Shown here one piece after another: positions 29,595 through 39,111 of a stretch of 64,000 bases of DNA. The position numbers and the translations under genes are program-made. The notes under the pieces were generated by a model, which saw only the letters and a program-made list of their open reading frames with translations, did no database searches and had not been told where the DNA came from. The stretch covers positions 58,945 through 122,944 of the forward strand of contig CAKTKU010000002.1 in the NCBI GenBank assembly GCA_934572335.1, written 5' to 3'. Within the stretch, counting starts at the first letter, position 1; each line of letters begins with the position of its first letter. Source of the stretch: an uncultured Oscillospiraceae bacterium (GTDB lineage: Bacteria; Bacillota; Clostridia; Oscillospirales; Oscillospiraceae).

Positions 29595-29634
29595 CAATAA
29601 TTTTCACATTTTTCGCGCGTTCCCGCGCGGCGGC

Positions 29635-30372
29635 TCAGTATCTGACCTCCCACAGCGTCAGCCCGTGTGCGGGCGCGGTGAAGCCCGCACTGTCCCGCTC
29701 GCGCGAAGAGAGTATCGCCGCCATGTCCTCCGCCGCGCGGCGGTGCGTGCCGACCTCCAGAAGCGTCCCCGCGATGATGCGCGCCATGTTGTATAAAAAT
29801 CCGTCGCCCGTCATCGCGATGCGCACCTCGCCGCCCCGGCGCTCTATGTCGATGCTTTTTAGGCGGCGGACAGCGGATTTCTTCATGCGGCGGTTGGCGC
29901 AGAACGCCGTGAAGTCATGCTCCCCGCAGAGCGCGTCCGCCGCGCGGCGCATCGCGTCCTCGTCGAGCGCGGGCGTGAAGCGGTACATATACCGCCGCTC
30001 GAACACGTTCGGCGCGGCGCTGTTCCACACGCGGTAGACGTAGGTCTTCTCCCGGCAGCTCAGCCGCGCGTGAAAGCGCGGCGCGGCCTCCTCAAGCGCG
30101 AGCGCGCCTATATCCTCCGGCAGAGCTTCGCGCAGCGCCGCCAGCACCGCGGCGCAGTCGAGCGCGCTTTCGGTGTGGAAAGAGCACACCTGCGCCCTCG
30201 CGTGCACGCCCGCATCCGTGCGCCCCGAGCCCGCGACCTCCGTCTCCGTACCCAGCACGCGCCCCAGCGCCGCCTCAACTCTGGCCTGTATGGTGTTGTC
30301 CGTGTTGCCCTGCCTCTGCCAGCCGCGGTAGCGCCCGCCGTCGTAGCAGAGCGTGAGAGAGTATGTGTGCAT
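29635..30372 (-). CDS. truA: tRNA pseudouridine(38-40) synthase TruA
   Basis: GRTDAGVHA catalytic motif, YRGWQRQ, overall TruA length (245 aa). Confidence 0.9.
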   Translation of the reverse strand: MHTYSLTLCYDGGRYRGWQRQGNTDNTIQARVEAALGRVLGTETEVAGSGRTDAGVHARAQVCSFHTESALDCAAVLAALREALPEDIGALALEEAAPRFHARLSCREKTYVYRVWNSAAPNVFERRYMYRFTPALDEDAMRRAADALCGEHDFTAFCANRRMKKSAVRRLKSIDIERRGGEVRIAMTGDGFLYNMARIIAGTLLEVGTHRRAAEDMAAILSSRERDSAGFTAPAHGLTLWEVRY

Positions 30373-30585
30373 AGCCTTTCTCCGTCTCTTGTGGTCTTGT
30401 CCGTGTGTATTTATTATGTATATCTTCTATGTGTGCTTTCGTGTGTTATTTTACCGCATCGCGCCGCCGCTTGCAATCGCGATCCTCCGCCGGGAGAAAT
30501 TTTTTGTCAAAAATCCCCCTCCGCACTTGCAAGAAACCGCGCGGTATGATAAACTTTTTGTGTTTTTTTATCGGAGGTCAACACT

Positions 30586-31677
30586 GTGGAGTTTACCAAG
30601 CAGGACACAAAGATAATAAAGGGCATCGCAATATGCTTCATGCTCTTCCATCACCTGTTCGCCTTTCCGGAGCGGGTGACGGAGGGCACATTTGTGTCGC
30701 TGTGGTACTTCAACGAGACAAATCTCGCCGTGTGCCTGGGCGCGTTCGGGCGTATCTGCGTTCCGATATTCACATTTCTCAGCGGCTACGGCATCTACCG
30801 CTCCTCTCTGAAAAACGAGGACTGCTCTGCACTCGTTGTGCGGCATATCAAGAGCCTTTATAAGACCTATTGGATGGTCTTTTTCGTGTGTCTGCCTGTG
30901 ATCGTGCACAAAAGCTTCCTTTCCCGGCGCTCACTGCTAGCATACGATATTATCTACAACTTTCTTGGGCTGAGCTTTACATTCAATAACGAATGGTGGT
31001 TCGTGCTGCCGTTCGCGGTGCTGCTGGTGCTCTTCCCCGCGATGAAGCGCTTTGCCGAGCGTCGGCGCGCAGGGCTTTGCGTCGACCTCTTTCTCGTGCT
31101 CATTCTGAACGCGGTCATTGTCTACATCATTCCGTACGTGATGACGCTCTCTGTGTTCGCCGGTCTCTCGTCCACCGTGTTCTGGTCGAGGACAAGGGAA
31201 GTGCTGGAGCTTCTTCCCGCGTTTCTCACCGGCATTATCTTCGCGCGCTGGGACGTGCTGTCGGCTGTGAAGGCCAAGTTCGGCGGGCGGCTTTTGTGGT
31301 GCGCCGCCGCAGTCGCCGGGATGTGCGCGATATTCCTCGTCCGCGCACACAACGCCAAATACTATGACTTTGTCAACGCGGCGGCGTTCGTCATGTGCCT
31401 TGCCGTGCTTCTGCCGACAAAGCCGATGGCGCTTGCGGGCAGAGTGTTGGCAAAGCTCGGCGAGGAATCCGCCATAATGTGGCTTGTGCACACGTTTTTG
31501 TGCTACTATTGGTTACAGCGGCTCGTCTACGCGCCGAAGTACGCGGTGCTGATATTCCTGTGGCTCGTCGCGCTGAGCTACGGCTTTGCAAAGCTTATAC
31601 GCCTGCTGTGGAAATGGACATGTCGGCTCGTCAAGCGCCTGTCCGCGAGGAAAGAGGTGTCCGCCGATGGTACTTGA
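30586..31677 (+). CDS. acyltransferase family 3 (OatA-like membrane O-acyltransferase)
   Basis: GTG start preceded by a GGAGG RBS; 363 aa, about 10 TM, N-terminal KGIAICFMLFHH motif typical of Acyl_transf_3. Confidence 0.7.
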   Translation: MEFTKQDTKIIKGIAICFMLFHHLFAFPERVTEGTFVSLWYFNETNLAVCLGAFGRICVPIFTFLSGYGIYRSSLKNEDCSALVVRHIKSLYKTYWMVFFVCLPVIVHKSFLSRRSLLAYDIIYNFLGLSFTFNNEWWFVLPFAVLLVLFPAMKRFAERRRAGLCVDLFLVLILNAVIVYIIPYVMTLSVFAGLSSTVFWSRTREVLELLPAFLTGIIFARWDVLSAVKAKFGGRLLWCAAAVAGMCAIFLVRAHNAKYYDFVNAAAFVMCLAVLLPTKPMALAGRVLAKLGEESAIMWLVHTFLCYYWLQRLVYAPKYAVLIFLWLVALSYGFAKLIRLLWKWTCRLVKRLSARKEVSADGT

Positions 31678-33310
31678 TCCGTGCGTTCTCTCATGCCGCT
31701 ACACTCGCCGCGATGCCGTCATCGCCGTGGTTCTGGCCTTCGTTGTTCTCATAGCCGCACTGGGTTCACTGTACCCAAGCTGCGGATGGGGCGACGATTT
31801 CGCCGCTTACATCAACGAGGGCATCGCCATCGCGAACGGCACATTTCACGAGCTTGCAAAGCTCAACTATATAATGCACCCCTCCATTCTGCCGGAAGGC
31901 ACCGGCGGCGAGCTTGTATATGTCTGGGGCTACCCGCTCATGCTCGCAGTCGTGTATTTGCTTTTCGGTTATGACACCGTCGGTTTCAGCAGCATTATAT
32001 ACTACAAGCTGCCGTCCGTTCTGTGCTTTGCGGCGTTCGCTGCCGTGCTGTATCTTTTCCTGCGGCGGCGGTTTCCCGCATGGTCATCCGCGCTGCTCAC
32101 CGCCGCGTATTGCGGCGCGCCTGTTTTTTACGATCTTATAAATTCCGTTTACAGCGATGTCGTGTATATGTTCCTGTGCACGCTTGCGCTGCTTTGTACA
32201 GAGGTATATTTTTCACGAGGTATAAAAAAACGGCTCGTCCCCGGCATTCTTATCGGCGTACTGCTATGGTACACCTACGAAGTCAGGCTCAACGGGCTTG
32301 CGCTGCTCGGTGTTTTTCTGCTGTGCCATATTGTCACGCTCATTCGGAGCAAAGACTTCAGCAAAGCGGATATTGTAATTCATCTCGCGCCGTATCTCAG
32401 CTTTTTCGTCCTCAAGCTCGTGTCAGAACGTTTGCTTCTGCTCCCGCCGACGCTGAACTCCGGCGATGTGAGTGGCTTTGACATCAGCACAACGCTCTCA
32501 AATGTGCTCTACTATATCATCAACCTTGCCGACACTGTCCGTGCTTCCGTCTATTGTGCGATATTTGCGTTCGTCCCCAAATCCGTTCTTACCTGGCTTC
32601 CGCAGAGCGTATATAATTTTGTGTTCGACGTTTCCAGCGTGTTATCATGGCTCACTCTCGCGCTGACCGCAGTCGGACTGATAAGCGATGGCATAAAGCG
32701 CAATCTTCAACTCTCCGTATACTTCGTCGGCAGTGCGATCGGCACGTGCCTTTTACCATACACGCAAGGGCTGCGCTACCTTTTCGGCATCATGCCGGTA
32801 ATGCTGATGTTTGCCGGATACGGCTGCCGTGCCGTTTATGCCTTCATTCTCAGCCGTCTGCGCTGCCGGGCAAACGCCAAACATTCTCGCCGCTTGACTT
32901 ATCCCGTGCGGGCTGTGCTTGCTGCCATGCTGTGCGTTGCGTTCTTCTCACAGACGGCAATGCTTGATGTACAAAATCTCCGCACTCTCCGTGCCGCTGA
33001 TGGGGACATTTACGCCAACATGTCGGGCGCATACTCGCCGGATGCGATCGCCGTATACAAATACATTCAGCAAAACACCGCTGATGATGACATCATCGTG
33101 TTCCACAAGCCGCGGGCAATGTACCTCAACACCGGCCGCATTAGCTTTTCATATCTCTACAATGACCGGAGCCCGCTTGACGCGGACTGGTGTGTGTTGA
33201 CGGAGTTTTTTGTTGACTACTACACGAACACAGAGACCCCTGATTGGTTCTCCTCATTCGAGCCTGTAATGACCAGCGGTGAGTTGACCGTTATGAGAAA
33301 AACACAATAA
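31667..33310 (+). CDS. polytopic membrane protein, GT-C-fold glycosyltransferase-like (ArnT/PMT-like)
   Basis: About 547 aa, more than 10 TM helices with large loops. ORF track begins at 31586; first plausible ATG at 31667 overlaps the upstream gene by 11 nt. Family assignment is weak. Confidence 0.4.
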   Translation: MVLDPCVLSCRYTRRDAVIAVVLAFVVLIAALGSLYPSCGWGDDFAAYINEGIAIANGTFHELAKLNYIMHPSILPEGTGGELVYVWGYPLMLAVVYLLFGYDTVGFSSIIYYKLPSVLCFAAFAAVLYLFLRRRFPAWSSALLTAAYCGAPVFYDLINSVYSDVVYMFLCTLALLCTEVYFSRGIKKRLVPGILIGVLLWYTYEVRLNGLALLGVFLLCHIVTLIRSKDFSKADIVIHLAPYLSFFVLKLVSERLLLLPPTLNSGDVSGFDISTTLSNVLYYIINLADTVRASVYCAIFAFVPKSVLTWLPQSVYNFVFDVSSVLSWLTLALTAVGLISDGIKRNLQLSVYFVGSAIGTCLLPYTQGLRYLFGIMPVMLMFAGYGCRAVYAFILSRLRCRANAKHSRRLTYPVRAVLAAMLCVAFFSQTAMLDVQNLRTLRAADGDIYANMSGAYSPDAIAVYKYIQQNTADDDIIVFHKPRAMYLNTGRISFSYLYNDRSPLDADWCVLTEFFVDYYTNTETPDWFSSFEPVMTSGELTVMRKTQ

Positions 33311-33312
33311 AA

Positions 33313-33352
33313 ATCAAGAGGCAGTCCTTTTAAGGCTGCCTCTTGATTTTTT
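33313..33352. terminator. bidirectional intrinsic terminator
   Basis: ATCAAGAGGCAG-N10-CTGCCTCTTGAT hairpin flanked by A- and T-runs, between convergent genes. Confidence 0.7.
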
Positions 33353-33355
33353 ACC

Positions 33356-34585
33356 TCACCCCAATGCTTCCAGCACTGTGCGCAGCGTTACATCGAGCGC
33401 GCCGTTATTGTCGACGGTCACGTCGGCAAAGCGCGCGTACATGGGTTTGCGCTTTGCGTACAGCGCGGCAAGATCTGTCGACTGTGAGATAGGTCTTCCG
33501 TCCACCGGCAGACGCTCCAGCGCGCGCTCAAGGCAGACGATCGTGCCGTTCTGGTGCAGCAGCGGATAGTTCTCCCCGCGCGTGACAGCGCCGCCGCCGG
33601 TCGCGATGACCGCGCCGGAGAGCTTGCCCAGCTCCGCGAGCGCCGCGGTCTCCGCGCGCCTGAACGCCTCCTCGCCGCGCGTGCGTATAAGCGTCTCCGC
33701 GCTCTCGCCGGTCATCTCCAGCACCTTATCGTCGCTGTCGTACACCGGTCTGCCGAGCTTTTCCCCAAGCGCCGCGGCGACGGTGGTCTTGCCGCTGCCG
33801 GGCATGCCGATGATGACGATATTCTGCATATTCCGCGCGAGCGCGCCGCGTATGCGCGGTATCTCGCTGTCGGGGATAGTGCTGCCCATGAAAAGCTCCG
33901 CCGAGCGCTTTGCCTGCGCCACCAGCATATACAGCCCGCTCTCACAGCGGATGCCAAGCGCCTCCGCCTGCAGGATGAGCGCGGTGCGCGCGGGGTTATA
34001 CACCACGTCCAGTACGCCCTCGCATTGCGGAAAATCGCGCAGATCGACCGCCGCCGCGCCGTTTTTCGGGTACATACCCACAGGCGTCGCGTTGACGATG
34101 ACCTCCGCGTCGCGGTACGGCGCGAGATCGCCGTAGCCCGCGCCGCCATGGCGCGACAGCACGCGCACGCTCGCCGCGCCTAGCTTTTCCAGTACGGCGC
34201 ACACCGTGACCGAAGCGCCGCCGCTGCCGAGCACGACCGTCTTCTTGCCGCGCACGTCTATGCCGCTGTGGCAGACAAGGCTCTCAAAGCCGAAGGCGTC
34301 CGTATTGTCGCCGTAAATGCTGCCGTCAGACCGGCGCACGACCGTGTTGACACTGCCGAGCCGCCGCGCCATGTCGGAGAGCTCGTCGCAGAGCGCGGCG
34401 ACCGTTTTTTTATATGGGATCGTAACGTTGAAGCCGTCGAGCCCGCTGTCTCTGACAAAATGCTCGACCTCGTCTGGCGCGCACTCATAGAGCTTGTACT
34501 CATAATCTGCAAGCATGGCGTGTATCTCGGGCGAATAGCTGTGTCCCAACTTTTCGCCAAGCAGCCCGCATCTGAGCTTGTCCAT
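33356..34585 (-). CDS. aroE: bifunctional shikimate dehydrogenase / shikimate kinase (AroE-AroK fusion)
   Basis: N-terminal AroE half (GHSYSPEIH, NVTIPYK, NTD), C-terminal AroK half with P-loop GMPGSGKTT; start taken at MDKLRCG, 1-nt overlap with pheA stop (ORF track extends to 34630). Confidence 0.8.
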   Translation of the reverse strand: MDKLRCGLLGEKLGHSYSPEIHAMLADYEYKLYECAPDEVEHFVRDSGLDGFNVTIPYKKTVAALCDELSDMARRLGSVNTVVRRSDGSIYGDNTDAFGFESLVCHSGIDVRGKKTVVLGSGGASVTVCAVLEKLGAASVRVLSRHGGAGYGDLAPYRDAEVIVNATPVGMYPKNGAAAVDLRDFPQCEGVLDVVYNPARTALILQAEALGIRCESGLYMLVAQAKRSAELFMGSTIPDSEIPRIRGALARNMQNIVIIGMPGSGKTTVAAALGEKLGRPVYDSDDKVLEMTGESAETLIRTRGEEAFRRAETAALAELGKLSGAVIATGGGAVTRGENYPLLHQNGTIVCLERALERLPVDGRPISQSTDLAALYAKRKPMYARFADVTVDNNGALDVTLRTVLEALG

Positions 34586-35727
34586 CACACCACCTCGCTG
34601 TAGCTGCCGAGATAGTTGAAGCTCTCGCATATATCGGAAAGCTCGCCCATGAGGAGCATGAACTGCGGCGAGTAGACCGAGGTCTCAAGATCGAAATAGA
34701 ACATGAACTCAAAATTCCTGTCCGGCATGGGACGGCTTTCGAGCTTGTTGAGGTTGATGCCGAGCGCGTAGAAGCGCGAGAGCACCTTGTAGAGCGAGCC
34801 AGCTTTGTGCGGCAGGGTCATCATGAGGCTCGTCCTGTCCGCGCCGGGGTATATCTCAAGATTTTTGGAGATGCAGATGAAGCGCGTGAAGTTGCTGCCC
34901 TGATCCTGCACGGCGGGCTTGAGGCATTCCAGATTATAAAGCTTCATGCACTCGCGCGAGGAGAGCGCCGCCGCGTCGCCGCGCTCCGACTCCGCCACGA
35001 GCTTTGCCGCGACGGCGGTGTTCTCGCACGGGATGATCTTCACGCCCCTAAGCGTGGAGAGGAACGCGGAGCACTGGTTTATCGCCTGCTCGTGGGAGTA
35101 TATCTCCTTTATATCCTCCAGCTTCGTGCCGGGGCGGACGAGGAGATTGTGGTCGACCTTTATACGCACGGAGCGGACGATGCGGAAATTATGCTTCATC
35201 ATGAGGTCGTACACTGCGTTGACAGAGCCCGCCGTGCTGTTTTCAAGCGGGACGACGCCGTAGCGGCAGAAGCCGCTCTCAATGGCGGAGAACACCGCGT
35301 CAAAGCTGTTGCAAAAGAAAATGTTCGGCATTTTGAAAAGCCGCTCGCACGCGAGCTGGGAATACGCACCCTCCACGCCCTGGCACGCCACTGGGACATT
35401 CTCCGGGAAGAGCTGGGGCGTATTCTTTATCGCGTTTTCGATCTCCGCGGGGAGCGTGCTCTTCGTGCCGATAAAACGTGCCTGACTGCTGCGGCTGAGC
35501 TCCATGAGCATGGAATAGAGCGTCACGGCGTACTCGCTCAGCTCCTCCGGCACCTTGTCCGCGACGGCGCGCAGCTTCTCCCGCTCGCGCTTCGCGTCCA
35601 GCACGGGGAGGTCGTTTTCGCGCTTATACTCCGCGATATGCCGCGCGACCTCCATACGCTTTTCAAACGCCGCAAGAAGCTGCTCGTCCGCCGCGTCCAT
35701 CTCTCTGCGATAGTCGTTAAGATCCAT
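34585..35727 (-). CDS. pheA: chorismate mutase / prephenate dehydratase (PheA, CM-PDT-ACT)
   Basis: N-terminal AroQ-type chorismate mutase helix, PDT domain, C-terminal ACT domain (ESRP motif region). Confidence 0.85.
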   Translation of the reverse strand: MDLNDYRREMDAADEQLLAAFEKRMEVARHIAEYKRENDLPVLDAKREREKLRAVADKVPEELSEYAVTLYSMLMELSRSSQARFIGTKSTLPAEIENAIKNTPQLFPENVPVACQGVEGAYSQLACERLFKMPNIFFCNSFDAVFSAIESGFCRYGVVPLENSTAGSVNAVYDLMMKHNFRIVRSVRIKVDHNLLVRPGTKLEDIKEIYSHEQAINQCSAFLSTLRGVKIIPCENTAVAAKLVAESERGDAAALSSRECMKLYNLECLKPAVQDQGSNFTRFICISKNLEIYPGADRTSLMMTLPHKAGSLYKVLSRFYALGINLNKLESRPMPDRNFEFMFYFDLETSVYSPQFMLLMGELSDICESFNYLGSYSEVV

Positions 35728-35732
35728 TTTCT

Positions 35733-36803
35733 TTACCTCATTTCCTTTCTGCGCGCGAGAAGCGCGTCATACACGGCGAGCGCCGCCGCCGCTTCAACGC
35801 AGGGCACGGCGCGCGGCACGATACAGGGGTCATGTCTGCCGGTTATTCTGATGTCCTTAGCCTCAAGCGCGGCCATGTCCACGCTGTGCTGCGTTTTTGC
35901 GATCGACGGCGTCGGCTTTATCGCGGCGCGAAAGATGATGGGCATGCCGTCGCTTATGCCGCCGAGAATGCCGCCGCAGTTATTGGTCACGGTGACGACC
36001 GCGCCGTTTTCAACGGCGAACGGGTCGTTATCCTCGCTGCCGCGCATACCGGCGGCGGCAAAGCCCGCGCCGAACTCCACGCCCTTGACGGCGGGGATGC
36101 CGAACACGGCGGCGGCAATGCGGTTTTCCATGCCGCCGAACATCGGGTCGCCCAGCCCTGCCGGAACGCCGATGACCGCGCACTCCACCACGCCGCCGAC
36201 GGAGTCTCCCTCCGCCCGCGCCGCGGCTATTGCCGCGCGCATTTCCTCGCCGCGCGCGTCGTCCACCGTGGGGAAGTCCTTCTCCGCCGTGGAGGCTGTC
36301 AGCTCGCCCGCGTCCTCGATATCCGCGATGGACTTTATGCGGCTGATGATCTCTATGCCCTCGCGCGAGAGAAGCTGCTTGCATATTCCCCCGGCAATGC
36401 ACAGCGGCGCTGTCAGCCGCCCGGAGAAGTGCCCGCCGCCGGAGGCGTCCTGCGCGCCGCGGAACTTCACCTGCGCGGTGTAGTCCGCGTGCCCCGGGCG
36501 GGGCGTCAGGCGCAGGGCATCGTAATCCTGCGGGCGGGTGTTGGTGTTGCGTATTACCGCGGTGAGCGGCGCGCCGCAGGTGACGCCGCCGACAACGCCG
36601 CAGAGGAATTCCGGCGCGTCGCTCTCGCGGCGGGGCGTGCTGTACTCATTGCGCCCCGGGGCGCGGCGGTCGGTAAAGCGGCGGAGCTCGTCCATGTCTA
36701 TCCGCTCTCCCGCAGGTATCCCCTCGATCGTCACGCCGATCGCGTCGGAGTGCGACTGGCCGAATATCGTGATGCGTATATTTTCGCCGTAGCTGCTGCT
36801 CAT
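35733..36803 (-). CDS. aroC: chorismate synthase
   Basis: GxSHG-type N-terminus (FGQSHSDAIGV), RPGHADY, whole-length AroC pattern; 356 aa. Confidence 0.9.
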   Translation of the reverse strand: MSSSYGENIRITIFGQSHSDAIGVTIEGIPAGERIDMDELRRFTDRRAPGRNEYSTPRRESDAPEFLCGVVGGVTCGAPLTAVIRNTNTRPQDYDALRLTPRPGHADYTAQVKFRGAQDASGGGHFSGRLTAPLCIAGGICKQLLSREGIEIISRIKSIADIEDAGELTASTAEKDFPTVDDARGEEMRAAIAAARAEGDSVGGVVECAVIGVPAGLGDPMFGGMENRIAAAVFGIPAVKGVEFGAGFAAAGMRGSEDNDPFAVENGAVVTVTNNCGGILGGISDGMPIIFRAAIKPTPSIAKTQHSVDMAALEAKDIRITGRHDPCIVPRAVPCVEAAAALAVYDALLARRKEMR

Positions 36804-38053
36804 TCCGTTACCTCCAAGCCGTCAAGGTCGTCCCAGAATCCGGGGTAGGATTTCGCCGCGCAGTCGCTGCCGAGGATGGTGACGTCCCCCCGGCTGACAG
36901 AGGCGGCGACGGCGGCGGACATTGCGATGCGGTGGTCGCGGCAGGCGTCCGCCGTGCCGCCCGCGAGCGCCGGTACGCCGCGTATTATAAGCCCGTCCTC
37001 AAGCTCCGTGATGTCCCCGCCGAGCGCGGAGATGAGCCGCGCGGTGCTTGCAAGGCGGTCAGACTCCTTCAGCCGAAGCCGCGCGGCGTTCACAATGCGC
37101 GTCTCGCCCTGCGCCGTCGCCGCGGCCACGCTGAGCACCGGGATAAGATCCGGTATCTCTCGCGCGTCGACCGTGCAGCCGGTGAGCGCGGCGCGGCGCA
37201 CGGTCACGCTATTGCCGTGCTCCCGCACATCAGCGCCGAGGCGGCGGAGAATATCCAGCACGGCGCGGTCGCCCTGCGGCGAGCGCAGATTCAGCCCGTC
37301 CACCGTCACACCGCGCGGCGAAAGCGCTCCCATGCACAGAAAGAACGCGGCGTTCGACCAGTCGCCCTCCACGGCGCAGTGCCGCGGCATGGCGGCGCGC
37401 TGCGCGCCGGGGATGGTGTATACATTATCATTCTTTTCAAATTTCAGCTTCGCAAGCTCAAGCGCGGCCTCCGTCATGGCGACGTAGGGCGCAGATTCCA
37501 GCTGTCCCGTGACCTCAAGACGGCTAACGCCGTCAAGCCGCGGCAACGCCATCAGAAGCCCCGAGATATACTGCGACGACACCCCGCCGCTGACGGAGTA
37601 CGTCCCCACGCGGAGCTTCCCGGAGCAGATGAGCCGCGCACCGTCGCGCTCAAGGCGCATTCCGTGCTCTTCCAGCACCGCGTCCAGCGGCGCGAGAGGG
37701 CGCTGGGGCAGCCGTCCCTCCATCTCAAACACCGCGTCCGCGCCGAGCGCGCCCACTAGCGGCAGCAGAAAGCGCAGGGTCGACCCGCTCTCTCCGCAGG
37801 GGAGAATGCAGATTTCCTCCTTGGCGCGCTCTATCGGGCGGACGGTCATCTCCTCGCCCTCGATGCGTATATCCGCGCCGAGCGCGTTGAGGCAGCGCAC
37901 CGTGGCGGTGATGTCATTCGACGCGCCCTCGCAGCGGAGCGTGCACTCACTCTCGCCGAGCGCGGCACAGATGAGCAGCCGGTGCGCCTGTGATTTGGAC
38001 GCCGGGATATGTACGCGCCCGGTGCGCGCGCCGCAGCGTACGGTCGTATTCAT
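36800..38053 (-). CDS. aroA: 3-phosphoshikimate 1-carboxyvinyltransferase (EPSP synthase)
   Basis: Start taken at MNTTVRCG (417 aa; ORF track extends a further 103 Arg-rich codons upstream, overlapping aroB). Carries the LPCGESGSTLRFL and conserved C-terminal AroA motifs. Confidence 0.85.
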   Translation of the reverse strand: MNTTVRCGARTGRVHIPASKSQAHRLLICAALGESECTLRCEGASNDITATVRCLNALGADIRIEGEEMTVRPIERAKEEICILPCGESGSTLRFLLPLVGALGADAVFEMEGRLPQRPLAPLDAVLEEHGMRLERDGARLICSGKLRVGTYSVSGGVSSQYISGLLMALPRLDGVSRLEVTGQLESAPYVAMTEAALELAKLKFEKNDNVYTIPGAQRAAMPRHCAVEGDWSNAAFFLCMGALSPRGVTVDGLNLRSPQGDRAVLDILRRLGADVREHGNSVTVRRAALTGCTVDAREIPDLIPVLSVAAATAQGETRIVNAARLRLKESDRLASTARLISALGGDITELEDGLIIRGVPALAGGTADACRDHRIAMSAAVAASVSRGDVTILGSDCAAKSYPGFWDDLDGLEVTE

Positions 38054-39111
38054 GCTATCCCTCCGTCTCTGAGCCAGCCGGGCAGCTCGTCCGCCGCCGC
38101 CGGAACTATGCGGCAGCGGCCTATATTCTCCGGCACGACGAGGCGCAGTCTGCCGCCCGCAATCTTCTTGTCGCTGAGCATTGCGCGGCTGAGCTCGTCC
38201 GCCGTGTACTCTGTCTCTGTCGGCAGTCCGCATTTTTTCAGCAGCGCCGCCGTGCGCTCCAAGGATGACATGGGGCATATGCCGCGCGCCGCGGCCGCGC
38301 GCATTATCACGACCGTGCCGATCGCCACGGCGCTGCCGTGCGGCACGGCAAAGCCGCTGCACTTTTCAATGGCATGCCCGACGCTGTGGCCGAGGTTCAG
38401 AAGGAGCCTGCGCCCGGTGTCAAATTCGTCCTCCTCGACGATGTCGCGCTTCATCTCCACACATCGCGCGATCACGCGCTCAAGCTGCGGATGAACGCCG
38501 CCGCGCTCAAGCGCGGCAAAGAGCTCCGCATCGCCGAGCACGCCGTATTTCACGACCTCGGCACAACCGTTGGCAAACTCCGCCTCCGGCAGCGTTGAGA
38601 GCGTGTCCGGGTCGCACAGCACCGCGCACGGCTGATAAAAGCAGCCCGCCTGATTCTTCCCCGAGGGGAGGTCGACGGCGGTCTTGCCGCCGACGGAGGA
38701 ATCGACCGCGGCAAGCAGCGTTGTGGGTATCTGCGCGAACGCCGTGCCGCGCTGATACGTCGCCGCGGCGAAGCCTGCAAGATCGCCCGTCACGCCGCCG
38801 CCGAGCGCGGCGACAAGGTCGGTGCGGGTGAAATGCTCGCGCGAGAGGAAGTCCATGAGCCTTGCGTAGGTCTCAAGCGTCTTATATTGCTCCCCGCCGG
38901 GGTACACGAACGACACCACGCGGTAGCCCGCGCGCTCAAGCGAGGCGGCAAGCCGCGCGCCGTACAGCGCCGCGACGCGCTCCCCGGCGACGATGGCGGC
39001 GGTGGAGCCGCGCTCGTTCACGCGCCTGAGCTCGTCCCCCGCGCGGTCGAGTATGCCGCGCTCTATAATAACGTCATATTCCCTTGACGCTTTCACGTGT
39101 ATAGTCGTCAA
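38050..39111 (-). CDS. aroB: 3-dehydroquinate synthase
   Basis: GGGVTGDLAGFAAATYQRG nucleotide-binding motif and HxxGH metal ligands (NLGHSVGHAIE). Confidence 0.9.
   Translation of the reverse strand: MTTIHVKASREYDVIIERGILDRAGDELRRVNERGSTAAIVAGERVAALYGARLAASLERAGYRVVSFVYPGGEQYKTLETYARLMDFLSREHFTRTDLVAALGGGVTGDLAGFAAATYQRGTAFAQIPTTLLAAVDSSVGGKTAVDLPSGKNQAGCFYQPCAVLCDPDTLSTLPEAEFANGCAEVVKYGVLGDAELFAALERGGVHPQLERVIARCVEMKRDIVEEDEFDTGRRLLLNLGHSVGHAIEKCSGFAVPHGSAVAIGTVVIMRAAAARGICPMSSLERTAALLKKCGLPTETEYTADELSRAMLSDKKIAGGRLRLVVPENIGRCRIVPAAADELPGWLRDGGIA

Noticed and set aside
34807-36483. 558-aa plus-strand ORF
   Set aside because: Antisense to pheA/aroC.
36800-38362. Extended N-terminus (first 103 codons) of the aroA ORF and similar extensions on tyrA, aroE, aroF
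   Set aside because: Arg-rich extensions overlapping the upstream genes; internal Met with proper spacing/RBS gives canonical protein lengths.
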